NCBI GenBank assembly: GCA_965263355.1
Contig: CBDHHL010000032.1
Location: 3,328,001-3,392,000 of the forward strand
Length of the DNA stretch: 64,000 bases
Origin: Leptolyngbyaceae cyanobacterium
GTDB lineage: Bacteria; Cyanobacteriota; Cyanobacteriia; Phormidesmidales; Phormidesmidaceae
Direction: 5' to 3'
Part shown: positions 31,729-42,562 of the stretch, in pieces
Position numbering within the stretch: the stretch's first letter is position 1
How the letters are laid out: every line of letters starts with the position of its first letter
Position numbers and translations under genes: made by a program
Notes under the pieces: generated by a model
What the model saw: the letters and a program-made list of their open reading frames with translations, nothing else
Told to the model about the DNA's origin: nothing
The model's database searches: none

Positions 31729-31869
31729 GTCAGCCAGCGGGTTTGAGGGGGTTAAAACTGCATAGAGAAAAAATATTAGGTTAATGGTAGTCGCAAAGTG
31801 TTCAAATGAGGAGTTCTTTAATATCTCTGCCAATCTGGATGCAGCTGGATTACCCTTGATATAAAATCT

Positions 31870-31935
31870 TGTCCATGTCCAGGAAGGTCGTTTTTCCTGA
31901 TAAAAACCTACAAGTTTCAACTTGGATGTGGCTTA
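31870..31935 (+). repeat. Dispersed ~65-bp element, copy 3
   Basis: TGTCCATGTCCAGGAAG..TTTTTCCTGATAAAAACCTACAAGTTTCAACTTGGATGTGGCTTA. Confidence 0.8.
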
Positions 31936-31948
31936 GCTAGAACGTTAC

Positions 31949-32383
31949 ATGCCTATGAATTTGGCAATTTTTTGGATTTTGGTGGGTGTTGCACTCTGTG
32001 TCATGGAGTTAATGATTCCGACGGCATTTTTGGAATCGGCACTGGGGGTTAGCGCCATTGTTGTAGGATTTCTGACAATGCTGTTGCCAGCAGTCAACTT
32101 TAGTTGGCAGGTCGCCTTGTGGATGGTGTTGTCGCTGCTAATGTTCTGGGCTCTGCGACGGTTTTCCCCCCGGCGACAGCCCCCTACTCTAATGGATTCA
32201 ACAGAGGCACGTACAATTACATCGATTCCCCCCGGGCAAAGTGGACGGGTCATGTATGAGGGGAATTCTTGGCCTGCCTGCTGTAGTGATCGGGAAGTTG
32301 CGATCGCTACCAACCAAACCGTTATTGTCGTCGGTCGTCAGGGTAATACATTAATTGTGATGCCCGAAAGCGCCCTATTGTAA
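31949..32383 (+). CDS. NfeD-family protein
   Basis: N-terminal TM helices; [21 protein letters not shown]-fold; upstream of SPFH gene. Confidence 0.9.
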   Translation: MPMNLAIFWILVGVALCVMELMIPTAFLESALGVSAIVVGFLTMLLPAVNFSWQVALWMVLSLLMFWALRRFSPRRQPPTLMDSTEARTITSIPPGQSGRVMYEGNSWPACCSDREVAIATNQTVIVVGRQGNTLIVMPESALL

Positions 32384-32399
32384 ATTAGCAAGACACACC

Positions 32400-33356
32400 A
32401 TGCACCCATTTGTACTGTTGATCATGTTGGCCTTTGGCGGTTCCATTGCCGCCGGTTCTGTCCGTATTGTGAACCAGGGGGACGAAGCTTTAGTCGAAAG
32501 TCTAGGCCGATATAACGGTAAAAAACTCCAGCCAGGATTAAACTTTACCGTCCCCTTTATCGACAAGATGGTTTACAAACAAACCATTCGAGAAAAAGTG
32601 CTGGATGTGCCAGCCCAGCAATGTATTACCCGTGATAACGTTTCCATTACCGTTGACGCCGTTGTTTACTGGCGTATTGTCGATTTAGAAAAGGCTTACT
32701 ATAAAGTCGAAAATCTGCAAGCGGCCATGGTAAACCTGGTATTGACTCAGATTCGAGCTGAAATGGGTCAACTAGAGCTGGATGAAACCTTTACCGCCCG
32801 ATCTGAAATTAACGAATCTTTGCTAAGAGAGCTGGATATCGCCACCGATCCTTGGGGAGTCAAAGTCACTCGCGTAGAGCTACGAGACATTGTGCCATCC
32901 AAGGCTGTCCAAGACTCCATGGAACTGCAGATGGCAGCCGAGCGACGCAAGCGGGCGGCTGTCCTTACCTCAGAAGGAGAACGAGAATCTGCCGTGAACG
33001 CCGCCCAAGGCCAGGCTGAAGCTGAAGTGTTAGCGGCTGAAGCCCGCAAAAAATCTGCCATTCTAGCCGCTGAAGCCGAGCAGAAGACTATCGTGCTTAA
33101 AGCCCAGGCCGATCGGCAGGAGCAAGTTCTACGGGCTCAAGCAACTGCCGAAGCAGTTCAGGTTTTGGTCCAAAAGCTTAAGACCGATCCAACGGCCCGT
33201 GAAGCACTGCAGTTTCTCTTAGCCCAAGGGTATCTAGATGTCGGCAGCAAAATCGGTGCTAGCGATAGCAGCAAAGTCATGTTTATGGACCCCCGCGCAA
33301 TTCCTGCAACCCTTGAAGGGATGAAGTCTATTGTTGGAGACTTGGAACGCCAGTGA
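32400..33356 (+). CDS. SPFH/band 7 (stomatin-like) protein
   Basis: [40 protein letters not shown]. Confidence 0.95.
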   Translation: MHPFVLLIMLAFGGSIAAGSVRIVNQGDEALVESLGRYNGKKLQPGLNFTVPFIDKMVYKQTIREKVLDVPAQQCITRDNVSITVDAVVYWRIVDLEKAYYKVENLQAAMVNLVLTQIRAEMGQLELDETFTARSEINESLLRELDIATDPWGVKVTRVELRDIVPSKAVQDSMELQMAAERRKRAAVLTSEGERESAVNAAQGQAEAEVLAAEARKKSAILAAEAEQKTIVLKAQADRQEQVLRAQATAEAVQVLVQKLKTDPTAREALQFLLAQGYLDVGSKIGASDSSKVMFMDPRAIPATLEGMKSIVGDLERQ

Positions 33357-33523
33357 TAGCTTTACCAAGCAATCCTGATAGGAGTTAGAAAAATGGGCAA
33401 GCTGGTGATACCAAAGTTGTCTGGGAATCCAATGGGTTAAGTTATTGCCACGATCAATGTGGCTAACCGAATTGATCAAGTCCTGTCAAATTTTTAACAA
33501 GTCTTGTTGCAAGTCATTTTGGA

Positions 33524-34279
33524 CTAAAGCTCATCGGGATTGATGCCCAGTTCCCGCAGTTGAGCGGCTAATTTATCGGCCCGCTGTTTTTCTTGCTCAG
33601 CCCGCTGTTTTTCTTGCTCAGCCAGTTCAACTGAGGTGGAAATCCATACACCAGAAGCATTGTACCAACGTAGCCATATCCCGGTCGCTGATTGAAAGCT
33701 ACCCTGCCATAGCCCCAAACCTAGACCTAGATCCTCAAACCAGTAACGATTGTCAGTAATCGTTTCTTCCTGATAGTGGACCCCCGTCAGCTTAAATAAA
33801 CGAAAGACATTTTGATAACGATCAAACACCACATAATAGGGCACCCGTAGCAACCGTTCATAGACGTCCCATTTTCCAGGAGGCTGGTCAATGCGGCGGG
33901 GGGCACGGCCTAAGTCTTCGTCTTCAGTCCCTGGAGACAATAGCTCAACCACTAAAAAAGGACTGACACCTTCCTGCCAGATGACGTAGCTCCAACGTAA
34001 ATCGTTTTGTTGTGTTGCTCTGGGTACCCCCAGGACTAAAAACCAGTCAGGACGCTTATGCCATTGGGTATGGCGGCTATCGTAATAGATGTTTAGATCG
34101 GTGCCAATAAAAATATTGTTGGGGTTATGGTTAGGCAGCTTGCAGGTTTCGCGCAATAACTGTGGCTGAAAATCATGAAACTCGTCCGGCAAGCCTGGCT
34201 CCTCTGGATATTCGCTGGGAAGGTCGTACATGGTGGGCAGTGGCTTTTGCACTGATTTTGGTAAGTCGCTTTGGTACAT
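33524..34279 (-). CDS. Uma2-family endonuclease
   Basis: YDLPSE.PEEPGLPDEFH, RPDWF, VVELLSPGT; AEQEKQR tail repeat. Confidence 0.92.
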   Translation of the reverse strand: MYQSDLPKSVQKPLPTMYDLPSEYPEEPGLPDEFHDFQPQLLRETCKLPNHNPNNIFIGTDLNIYYDSRHTQWHKRPDWFLVLGVPRATQQNDLRWSYVIWQEGVSPFLVVELLSPGTEDEDLGRAPRRIDQPPGKWDVYERLLRVPYYVVFDRYQNVFRLFKLTGVHYQEETITDNRYWFEDLGLGLGLWQGSFQSATGIWLRWYNASGVWISTSVELAEQEKQRAEQEKQRADKLAAQLRELGINPDEL

Positions 34280-34333
34280 ATTTAACTGCCCAGAAGTACA
34301 TATGAATTATTCTATCGAAAGTTCAACTCAAAA

Positions 34334-34723
34334 CTAACCTGAGACCACCTGACATTTATCGCAAAGGCCAAAAAATTCGAGGGTGTGATAAAAAATGCGG
34401 AAATGGTGGGAGTCGTTAAGGTGCTTTTCCAGCTCATGTACAGGGCATTCGTCAATCGGTAGCGATTCACCACAGCGTAGGCAGGTAAGGTGATGGCGAT
34501 CTTCATGGGTCAAGCTATAGACTGACTCGCCGTTAGATAGGGTGCGAACTTGCACCGCCCCCTCCAGCTTCAAAGCTTCGAGCGCTCGGTAGACGGTAGC
34601 TAGGCCAATACGACTACCGTTTTGCCTCATGGCACCGTGTAAGTCCTGGGCAGAAATTGCCTGTTCCTGGTCTTGCAATGCTTCTAGGATACGCTCCTGG
34701 TTGCGAGTACGACGAATAGCCAT
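34334..34723 (-). CDS. zur: Fur-family zinc uptake regulator (Zur/FurB)
   Basis: IGLATVYRALEALKL, HHLTCLRCG..CPV, YHTLEFFGLC. Confidence 0.85.
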   Translation of the reverse strand: MAIRRTRNQERILEALQDQEQAISAQDLHGAMRQNGSRIGLATVYRALEALKLEGAVQVRTLSNGESVYSLTHEDRHHLTCLRCGESLPIDECPVHELEKHLNDSHHFRIFYHTLEFFGLCDKCQVVSG

Positions 34724-34848
34724 GGCTTTGGGGGAAAGTTTTCTATTAGCTTAGATCTAAGTCAAGGTGTTCGGGTAGACTCACCAAATTTGCCATGTCA
34801 GGGGTGCGATAGAATAGGCCAGCAACCCATCCATTCTGGATTTCTATT

Positions 34849-35115
34849 GTGGCGCAGACTTATCAGGCTCAAGTGTATGTGACTCTTCGTCCTTCAGTGC
34901 TAGACCCGGCAGGGACAGCGGTGCGCTCTGGACTGGAGCATATGGGATATGACAATGTGGAAAAAGTCCGCATTGGTAAATACATAGAGGTCTCTCTGAC
35001 GGCAGAGAGTGAAGAGGTGGCTAAAGCACAATTAGATCGGATGTGCGACCAGCTGTTGGCAAATCCGGTAATTGAGAATTATCGAATCGAATTAGATGCA
35101 ATGGCGACCACGTAG
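34849..35115 (+). CDS. purS: FGAM synthase subunit PurS
   Basis: VTLRPSVLDPAG, VRIGK, LLANPVIENY. Confidence 0.95.
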   Translation: MAQTYQAQVYVTLRPSVLDPAGTAVRSGLEHMGYDNVEKVRIGKYIEVSLTAESEEVAKAQLDRMCDQLLANPVIENYRIELDAMATT

Positions 35116-35207
35116 CCCATTCCGTTTCGCTCGTAGGGTGGGCACCGCACACCGTATAGCATAAGACTTATCAATATCCACCTATTACCCCATCCATTTT
35201 TGGTCCC

Positions 35208-35906
35208 ATGAAATTTGGTGTCATTACATTCCCTGGTTCAAATTGCGATCGCGATGTTATCTATGTAACTCGCGATATCCTTCAGCGTCCCACCCACCGT
35301 ATCTGGCATGAGGATAGCGATTTAGGCGATGTGGATGTGGTGGTGATCCCCGGTGGCTTCAGTTACGGTGACTATCTGCGCTGTGGTGCCGTTGCCCAGT
35401 TTTCTCCAGCGATGCGGTCTACTGTTGAATTTGCCAATAAGGGCGGTCTGGTGCTGGGCATTTGTAATGGGTTTCAGATTTTGACTGAAGTGGGCCTGTT
35501 GCCAGGGGCACTGGTACGCAATCGGGATATGCGGTTTATTTGCGATCGCACTCCCCTCAAAGTAGAACGCATTAACCTCACCTGGACCCAAAACTATACC
35601 CAGGACCAAATAGTCACAATTCCCATTGCCCATGGAGAAGGGTGTTATTACGCCGATGTCGAGACTCTCAAGTCTTTAGAAGATAACCAACAAGTTGTTT
35701 TTCGCTACAGTAATCTAGATGGAACTGTTGACAACAGCAGTAATCCCAATGGTTCTCTCAATAATATTGCTGGCATTTGCAATGAGACAGGAAATATTCT
35801 CGGCATGATGCCTCACCCTGAAAGAGCAGCAGATCCAAGGCTGGGTGGAACAGACGGATTAGCGCTGTTTGAGTCGGTGTTAGCAACAGCATTGAGTGTT
35901 GCCTAA
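35208..35906 (+). CDS. purQ: FGAM synthase subunit PurQ
   Basis: FPGSNCDRD, GGFSYGDYLR, GICNGFQ, MMPHPER. Confidence 0.97.
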   Translation: MKFGVITFPGSNCDRDVIYVTRDILQRPTHRIWHEDSDLGDVDVVVIPGGFSYGDYLRCGAVAQFSPAMRSTVEFANKGGLVLGICNGFQILTEVGLLPGALVRNRDMRFICDRTPLKVERINLTWTQNYTQDQIVTIPIAHGEGCYYADVETLKSLEDNQQVVFRYSNLDGTVDNSSNPNGSLNNIAGICNETGNILGMMPHPERAADPRLGGTDGLALFESVLATALSVA

Positions 35907-35951
35907 TCTCTACCCTTGTTCTTTCAGAATGACATTAGCATTGACACTGTA

Positions 35952-36749
35952 TTAGGAGATTAATTTTTTCGCAGCCAAGATCTGGTTGGCCCAGCTTGCC
36001 TTATCATCTGAGAGTAGTGGATTTAGCGGGCGACTATAGTCTAAAACGTAATCAAATCCACCCCGATCATAAACAGCGGTAAGCAGAGCCTGTAAATCGA
36101 CCGTAGCCGATTCGTCTTTGTGTAATAGGGGAATCGACAATGTGGGCAGTGCTTCTTTTAGCTCAATGGCGTACCAATCTGCACTAGGGCGACGTTCGCT
36201 ATGGCTAATCAGTATGCGGTAATCTCCAATAGTTGGTGATCCTAAAATAGGCATAGCCTGCCAACCCCGAAGTAAGTCAATTTCAACTAAGTGGGTCAGG
36301 CTACCTAAAATTCGTTGACGTTTTTGAATATAGGTATTACGACCTTCGCCACTACGCTTATTAACGGGTGAAAGGATTTCAATAGCAGTAACGACCTGCC
36401 CGGTTTGCATTTCTCGAATTTCTAGATAGGCCTGTTTGACCTGCTCAGGCATAGGTAACGTTACTGTCTGGGGTTGTGCTACGGCAGTTGTGGATTGGTG
36501 GCTTGATGGTTGCTGAGCAGATTGACGATGAATAGATACGTCTGGAATGCCCACTAGAAGGGAGTTGCCGTTACTGCTTTCCTCGGGTTGACTGATTTCG
36601 TAAATACGTTTTTCGATGGCCACTCGATATTTAGGCCGTACTTGAGGGACCAGGGTTTCGGCAATGAGTGTAATCAGCCAGTGGTGCACCTCTGGCCAAA
36701 AGTCAGGATGCTCCAGGTAAGGATCCATGCCAGGAAAGGGAGATGGCAT
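35952..36749 (-). CDS. DUF4058-family protein
   Basis: MPSPFPGMDPYLE, IEILSPVNK, HLVEIDLLR. Confidence 0.9.
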   Translation of the reverse strand: MPSPFPGMDPYLEHPDFWPEVHHWLITLIAETLVPQVRPKYRVAIEKRIYEISQPEESSNGNSLLVGIPDVSIHRQSAQQPSSHQSTTAVAQPQTVTLPMPEQVKQAYLEIREMQTGQVVTAIEILSPVNKRSGEGRNTYIQKRQRILGSLTHLVEIDLLRGWQAMPILGSPTIGDYRILISHSERRPSADWYAIELKEALPTLSIPLLHKDESATVDLQALLTAVYDRGGFDYVLDYSRPLNPLLSDDKASWANQILAAKKLIS

Positions 36750-36955
36750 TGTAAAAGGTGAAACGGAAAAGCCATTCCAATCTTAGATCAATCATTCATC
36801 AATTGATTACCAACCACAATCCAGTGAATCTGTAGTGTGGCCCCATTTCATTATCTAAAGTAATTGGTGGCCAAGATAATGTAGGTGAACAACACATTTG
36901 GATGACTATTATTACTGACCAATTCCTATGCATACTCACTATTACTCTCTGTGGA

Positions 36956-37972
36956 TTAAGTCTTCTCCCAAGGTAGATTTGCTAGTTGACTCACACAAAA
37001 TAATTCGTAGTATGTTATGTCTCTCGACACTTGCACTTCCCTATTCGCATCATCAAAAATAACAGCCTTAGACTTTAAGATTTCTTTAGCTCTCATGTAA
37101 GGCATTATTTTTTCAGTGTTATGAATTATGTCGTACTCGAAGACACCATTGTCTTTTCTCATAGACAGAAAGCTTGATGTAATCTGTAGGGCATTGTCAA
37201 GGCTGTCAATATACAACCATTCTTCTTTTTTGTCTGAACCTGCCAATATGTACTTTGACAAGCTTTTTGTATCTTCATATGCTCGTTTATGACAAGAATA
37301 AATTCGTTTATGACATCCCAAAGCAAGTAAATTATTCAATGCGTCAACAAAGTTTTGGCCTTCTTTAGCTGGGCGAATATTAGAAATGAAAGATAAATCA
37401 TATGCAATAATTATTGATGAAGGATTTAGTGGCCAAATTATCATTGATAACCGACCACCAATCAATATGGGTATTACTGGGCTATCAGACGTAATGAGTG
37501 CACCTGATCCGAAGCTATACTTTTTCAGTTTCCATGAACATTGCAAAGCATACAAAAGCTCAACTGATTCATTAGTTTCCATCGTATATTCAACTTGCTT
37601 TAGCAAAGTTTCTTGAAGATAATTCTCAATGATTTTATTTAGTTGAGTTACTCGCTCAATTTTGCTATCACAGTAATATCTGGAAGATTTAAAGTGCAGC
37701 TCAAAGAGCAAAAAAATAAGTGCCGAACTATATCTGTGATTTTCCACTCGATTGCTAACTTTTTTAAGAAGTGATTCTCCCCAAGCAATACGTTCTTCTA
37801 TTTCTTGGGCGTGCTGCCTCGAGAAAAAATAACCCTTTTGACATTGTCCTCTGATAGATGCTTCTTTCCATTCATTTCCTATCAAAACAAAGATGTTCTT
37901 CTTGTCGGCATCACAAGCGAATTGTCTCAAATATGCTTGAGGAACAAAATGTTGGTTTTTGAATTTGGCCAT
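36956..37972 (-). CDS. DUF4238-domain protein
   Basis: KNQHFVPQAYLRQF, LITSDSPV, PLNP; visibly AT-rich. Confidence 0.75.
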   Translation of the reverse strand: MAKFKNQHFVPQAYLRQFACDADKKNIFVLIGNEWKEASIRGQCQKGYFFSRQHAQEIEERIAWGESLLKKVSNRVENHRYSSALIFLLFELHFKSSRYYCDSKIERVTQLNKIIENYLQETLLKQVEYTMETNESVELLYALQCSWKLKKYSFGSGALITSDSPVIPILIGGRLSMIIWPLNPSSIIIAYDLSFISNIRPAKEGQNFVDALNNLLALGCHKRIYSCHKRAYEDTKSLSKYILAGSDKKEEWLYIDSLDNALQITSSFLSMRKDNGVFEYDIIHNTEKIMPYMRAKEILKSKAVIFDDANREVQVSRDITYYELFCVSQLANLPWEKT

Positions 37973-38037
37973 ATTTGATTGTTTTTTCTACAAAAGCATA
38001 GAACATCGATGATCACGCTTTCTAATGTAAGTGTGAA

Positions 38038-38661
38038 TTATGACAATTTGGGTAAACCATTGGGAATGGTAAATTGCCGATCTGTATAGCAGTAATCATT
38101 CCCTGCCATCCGTCCAATGGGAGCAAGCTTTTGGGTGTCAATGCGATAGTTCTCATCCACCAGGTCATCGCGGATAAACCAATGGACTACCTGACCAATC
38201 ACTAAATTAAATGTCCCAATTGGCACAATCTGCATCGTGCGACATTCAAATGCGACGGGAGATTCTGCCACCCTTGGAGCTTTCACAACCTGGCTAGATA
38301 CTGTTGTCAGATCAATATGATCGAATTCAGAATCACCATAAGGTAAAGGCTCTGATGCTTCAGCTACCTGACGAATATAAGGTTCAACCGCTAAGTTGAT
38401 CACATATTCACCTACGCCACCTTCTGAAACAGGGCGCACATTGCGCAACGTATCTTTTTCAGACCCATCAGATTTTGGTGCAACGCTAAAGGCTAACGCC
38501 AGAGGCTTATGACCCACTGCATTGAAATAGGAAAAGGGAGCCAAATTAGTTTTGCCTGTAGTCGAGATGCTGGAAACAAAAGCGATCGGACGCGGGACTA
38601 CTGTGCCAATTAGAAGCTTGTAACGAGCTGATGAGTCAAGCAATCCAGGGGTGATTTCCAT
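38038..38661 (-). CDS. Flavin reductase-like FMN-binding protein
   Basis: VVPRPIAFVS, NLAPFSYFN, KDTLRN, IGRMAGNDY. Confidence 0.9.
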   Translation of the reverse strand: MEITPGLLDSSARYKLLIGTVVPRPIAFVSSISTTGKTNLAPFSYFNAVGHKPLALAFSVAPKSDGSEKDTLRNVRPVSEGGVGEYVINLAVEPYIRQVAEASEPLPYGDSEFDHIDLTTVSSQVVKAPRVAESPVAFECRTMQIVPIGTFNLVIGQVVHWFIRDDLVDENYRIDTQKLAPIGRMAGNDYCYTDRQFTIPNGLPKLS

Positions 38662-38867
38662 GGCAAGCCTTACTTGAATAAGAAAGAGATTGTTGGCAAA
38701 TCATATCAGCAGATATCCTTAACATCTGTAAAATACAGCTTATTATCAGGAATTTACCGACCTTACTCCGAGGAAGATGCTACGCGTTAGGCTTGCTCAT
38801 ATTCATAAGGCTATATAACTTTGTTCATTCCTCGATGTGGTAATTACTCGATAGCGCACTATCTGCT

Positions 38868-39677
38868 CTATCGAGTAATTACCTCGACTAGCGGTCGAAA
38901 CTGTCGGTCAAGTTCAGTACGGGCACTGAGTAATGTGGGAAATGGTCGACTACCGTAATCTTCACCTACTTTTAGGGGAAAAATATCCACGTCTTCTAGC
39001 GGAGTCCATACCGCACCAGCCGCCTGAGTGATGGCCCACACAGCCGCAATATCCCAAATCTTTGGAGTAGCTTCTACTGCGCCTAGACTAATGCCTGCCG
39101 CTACCGTCAGTAGATTATAAGTAGCTACACCCAGCATGCGAATTTTGCAAGGAAAGGGCTTTTGTAACACCTTAAGACTGCGGGCACAGAGGCTAAAGAA
39201 CTGACTACCTGCGGCAGCATCTGACGATGTGTGGATCGGTTCACCATCAAGAAATGCACCGCTGGCTCCTTCTAAACCGGAGTTGCCCATGTAGAAACCA
39301 TGGAAGCGCTGATCTAAGGTGGGAATGTACACATGACCAAAGACTGGTGTGCCTTTATAAAGTAGGCCCAGGGAAATACCCCATAAAGGAACGCCCCGAG
39401 TAAAGTTAGTGGTGCCATCAATGGGATCGATAACCCAACAAAAGTCTTCTTCAGGAAAAATGTGAGTACCTTCTTCGCTCAGCACACCATGCTCCGGCAG
39501 TGCTTCTTGTAAACGCCGCCGCAATTCACCATCAGCCCATTTATCCGACTGGGTGACAAGGCTACCGTCAGATTTTTCTTCTGCAGTAGCATTGCCAAAA
39601 TCCTTGAGGAGCTGGGCTCCCACATCAGTAGTAGCCGTTTCAGAGACAGAGAGAATATTTTTCCAGTTTGGGGTCAT
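38868..39677 (-). CDS. Inositol monophosphatase family protein
   Basis: SEE, WVIDPIDGTTNF, WDIAA. Confidence 0.92.
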   Translation of the reverse strand: MTPNWKNILSVSETATTDVGAQLLKDFGNATAEEKSDGSLVTQSDKWADGELRRRLQEALPEHGVLSEEGTHIFPEEDFCWVIDPIDGTTNFTRGVPLWGISLGLLYKGTPVFGHVYIPTLDQRFHGFYMGNSGLEGASGAFLDGEPIHTSSDAAAGSQFFSLCARSLKVLQKPFPCKIRMLGVATYNLLTVAAGISLGAVEATPKIWDIAAVWAITQAAGAVWTPLEDVDIFPLKVGEDYGSRPFPTLLSARTELDRQFRPLVEVITR

Positions 39678-39681
39678 GGGG

Positions 39682-41133
39682 TTAGTCCATATCACTTTCT
39701 AGGGCAGTGGCGATCGCACTTTTCGCAGTTGTCTGAAACTCATGAATATTCACACGACTGACAATTGCCACTGCAATCAACATACCAACAGCCTGAGTCG
39801 CAAATACCAACCCATAGGCAGGCAATAGTTGAGACTCAGCAACCGGGCCGTCGGCCATTGCTTCTATGATGCGTTTACCTAGAGTCAGTAAGCTACCACC
39901 CAGAATTGTCGCTGTTCCTCTGGCAATCGCCTGAGCCAACCCCCAAGCCCCAATAAAGGTACCAGCCACTTCTGCCACAGTCAGATCCAACATCAGTAAA
40001 ATCGAACCTGTTGTCAAAACACCCGATGCCAAACCAAATAAGCCTACCCCCAGCATGAGCTGCTGAGGATTGCCAGTCGTACCACAGACAATCAGCAAAA
40101 TCAGACAAAATGCAGCCCACAGACAACCGAATTTAATGGTGCGCTTTTTCCCAAGTTTGGGAGCCAGGAAAAAGCCAGTACCAATAATGCCAAATAACGT
40201 ACCCATACCAAAGTAGGCATTGAGCTTAGTAGTTTCGGTAATTGCCATGCCAAAAATTTGGCCGCCGTAGGGTTCTAGCACAGCATCCTGCATAAATAAG
40301 CTGAGACTAAGCACTAGTAAGAAAACAAAAAACAATCCCGTTTGACGACTCGCTGTTAATACCTTTAAAGCATCGCTAAAGGTAATCTGGTCATCTCGCT
40401 GACGCGTGCGTTCTCGCAGGCGAGAATATTTCTTCTCAATGCCAAACGTACTAACAATAGCAATCCCGCACACAATGGCCGGAGCAATAATAAACAGCCT
40501 ATTGATAGAGCTACGCAGTTGATCTATCGTCGGCGCATCACCCAAAGATTTGAGCACAATGCTGGTGATAATTACGCCAGAAACAATGCCCACCATTAAC
40601 ATCCCCCAGCCAATACCCACTAACTTTGGCTGGGTTTCATCATCCGATACATCCACCAAAAGTGCGGTAAACGGTGTAGAGGTTGAAGCTAGCGCCAGAC
40701 CGTAGAGAGCAAATATAAAGGCCAGCAGACCAACCCAAGGGTAGACAGCACTGGTCCATCCGTTAGCCTCTATTCGACTGCCGATCTGCCAGACAACTTG
40801 GACAGCCGTAAAGGCCATCACGGCCATAGAAACGATGCCTAGCCAGATATAACCACTGCGATGGTAACCAAACAGGGGCTTAGAGTCTGACATCTGGCCA
40901 ATCCACACACGGGCTGGAGCCATAAACTGATGGACTGCGATCGCACCCGCTGCAATCAGAGCAGGCACCCTGAGTTCATCAATCATGACGCGATTGAGGA
41001 CACCTAGGGTAAGCAAAGACATGATGCCAAGGCCCATATTGAAAATACCCAGGCGTAGCATCGTAAACAGGCCAATTTTAGCAATAGCGGAGTCTGAATC
41101 CGTGTAGCGACTGGTCAGCTCTGGACTACTCAT
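39682..41133 (-). CDS. pucC: PucC/BCD-family MFS transporter
   Basis: LNRVMIDEL, QDAVLEPYGG, AGTFIGAWGLAQA. Confidence 0.88.
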   Translation of the reverse strand: MSSPELTSRYTDSDSAIAKIGLFTMLRLGIFNMGLGIMSLLTLGVLNRVMIDELRVPALIAAGAIAVHQFMAPARVWIGQMSDSKPLFGYHRSGYIWLGIVSMAVMAFTAVQVVWQIGSRIEANGWTSAVYPWVGLLAFIFALYGLALASTSTPFTALLVDVSDDETQPKLVGIGWGMLMVGIVSGVIITSIVLKSLGDAPTIDQLRSSINRLFIIAPAIVCGIAIVSTFGIEKKYSRLRERTRQRDDQITFSDALKVLTASRQTGLFFVFLLVLSLSLFMQDAVLEPYGGQIFGMAITETTKLNAYFGMGTLFGIIGTGFFLAPKLGKKRTIKFGCLWAAFCLILLIVCGTTGNPQQLMLGVGLFGLASGVLTTGSILLMLDLTVAEVAGTFIGAWGLAQAIARGTATILGGSLLTLGKRIIEAMADGPVAESQLLPAYGLVFATQAVGMLIAVAIVSRVNIHEFQTTAKSAIATALESDMD

Positions 41134-41263
41134 AGATGTCGATTACGCTAAAAAACTACTACGTAATATCCAGCTTAAACGCCAACAGCCCTAACGGACA
41201 GTCCCGTACCCCATAATGCATCTAACCCAAAGGCACCTGTAGGGGCATGCCATTAGGGGTGCA

Positions 41264-41292
41264 AAAAAAAGCGGCAGGGAAATCCTGCCGCC
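41264..41292 (-). terminator. Terminator downstream of hsp20
   Basis: A8-GCGGCAGG-GAAAT-CCTGCCGC on + strand. Confidence 0.75.
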
Positions 41293-41389
41293 AAAGCCAA
41301 ACTAGGAGAATTCGAGAAGAGTCTCAGAAAGCTAATCAATGTTGGGCGTAGTTAGGTATTCCCAACTAAACACGCCCATACACCGCCAA

Positions 41390-41827
41390 TTAGTCAGCAG
41401 GCACATCAGCAACATTCACCTTAACCACCTGGTTACGAACCTCGGCAGCCTTAGGCACATGTATTGTCAAAATGCCATTGCTGTAGTCAGCTTTCACCTG
41501 CTCATGGTCAACGACTGTAGGCAGATTAATGATGCGACGGAAACTGCCGTAGCGTCGCTCGCGACGTAGCAGATGCTTCTCATCATCAATCTCAGTAGCC
41601 TTGCGCTCACCGGAAATCGTGATACTCTTGCGACTAGCCTCAATATTGATATCGTCAGCCTTGAGACCAGGTAGAACCACTTCTAGAACATAATCATTAC
41701 CCGCATCAACAAGATCAACGGCAGGAATCCAATCTGTTGTTGTGGGAGTCAGATCCTCAAAAATGTTGTCTAGCTGTTGTCTAATGGTCTCCATTTCTTG
41801 AAACGGTTGCCAATAACGTACGATCAT
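41390..41827 (-). CDS. hspA: Small heat shock protein (Hsp20)
   Basis: WIPAVD, ISGERK, ERRYGSFRR, ADYSNGILTI. Confidence 0.9.
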   Translation of the reverse strand: MIVRYWQPFQEMETIRQQLDNIFEDLTPTTTDWIPAVDLVDAGNDYVLEVVLPGLKADDINIEASRKSITISGERKATEIDDEKHLLRRERRYGSFRRIINLPTVVDHEQVKADYSNGILTIHVPKAAEVRNQVVKVNVADVPAD

Positions 41828-42075
41828 GTGTTGTTTCCTCAGTTCTCGATTGTGTTATTACGGCAGAGAAGAGACTGTTGCTTATCTATTGAATCTCTTT
41901 GCCTGCCTTACAGTCACCATGATGCCGTAAAGACTTCACTACACCCAGGGGAGAGAACCTCACCCAAAATTAGGGCTTGCCGAAGACGGTTTACGAAACA
42001 ATCAAACCGGGTAAAGAGAACCCTAATGATTAGAGCGGTTAGCCGTATCTCATAGGGAGATTACATGCAATGTCC

Positions 42076-42402
42076 CTACGATGGGCGCACATTTTTGTTG
42101 ATCGTAAACGAAATAGAGGGTTTGGTGGTGGGGTTAGCGTTGGTTGGTTGGGATGGTGTTGACTGGGCAGTGGATAAGTCTGTCTCTGGGACCTTTAGCT
42201 CTGGTGCAGGCATTACATTCTCAATGGCTGAATTTGCGGCCATGCCTGGAGATGTGTTGGAATTACTTGCGATCGCAAGCCCCACACCAGCTATCACCGA
42301 AATTGGCAACGAAAACTCAGCTAACCAGTGCAACCCAGTCACCCAGTTAAATATCCCCAGCGCTATATATAACCAGACAATGCTAATGGCCCAAACGTGC
42401 AT
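42076..42402 (-). CDS. Hypothetical membrane protein
   Basis: GVGLAIASN and C-terminal SISFTI motif. Confidence 0.65.
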   Translation of the reverse strand: MHVWAISIVWLYIALGIFNWVTGLHWLAEFSLPISVIAGVGLAIASNSNTSPGMAANSAIENVMPAPELKVPETDLSTAQSTPSQPTNANPTTKPSISFTINKNVRPS

Positions 42403-42562
42403 TCCCCTACACCAGTACTATCGTTGACCTCGTTCTATCACATATCCACCATTTCACTGTCTATATGATTTTTCCATTATCTAGCAGCTAGAGGATAGCA
42501 ATAGCGCTAGAGTTAGGTAGGTGGTAACGCCCCCTTGAACGATCAATATTGAAAGAAACATC

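Noticed and set aside
31729..31920. N-terminal extension of the PP2C ORF in the track
   Set aside because: Starts inside repeat copy 3; ATG 31728 is the more plausible start
33578..33622. 21-bp tandem repeat in the Uma2 gene
   Set aside because: Ordinary AEQEKQR coiled-coil tail typical of this family
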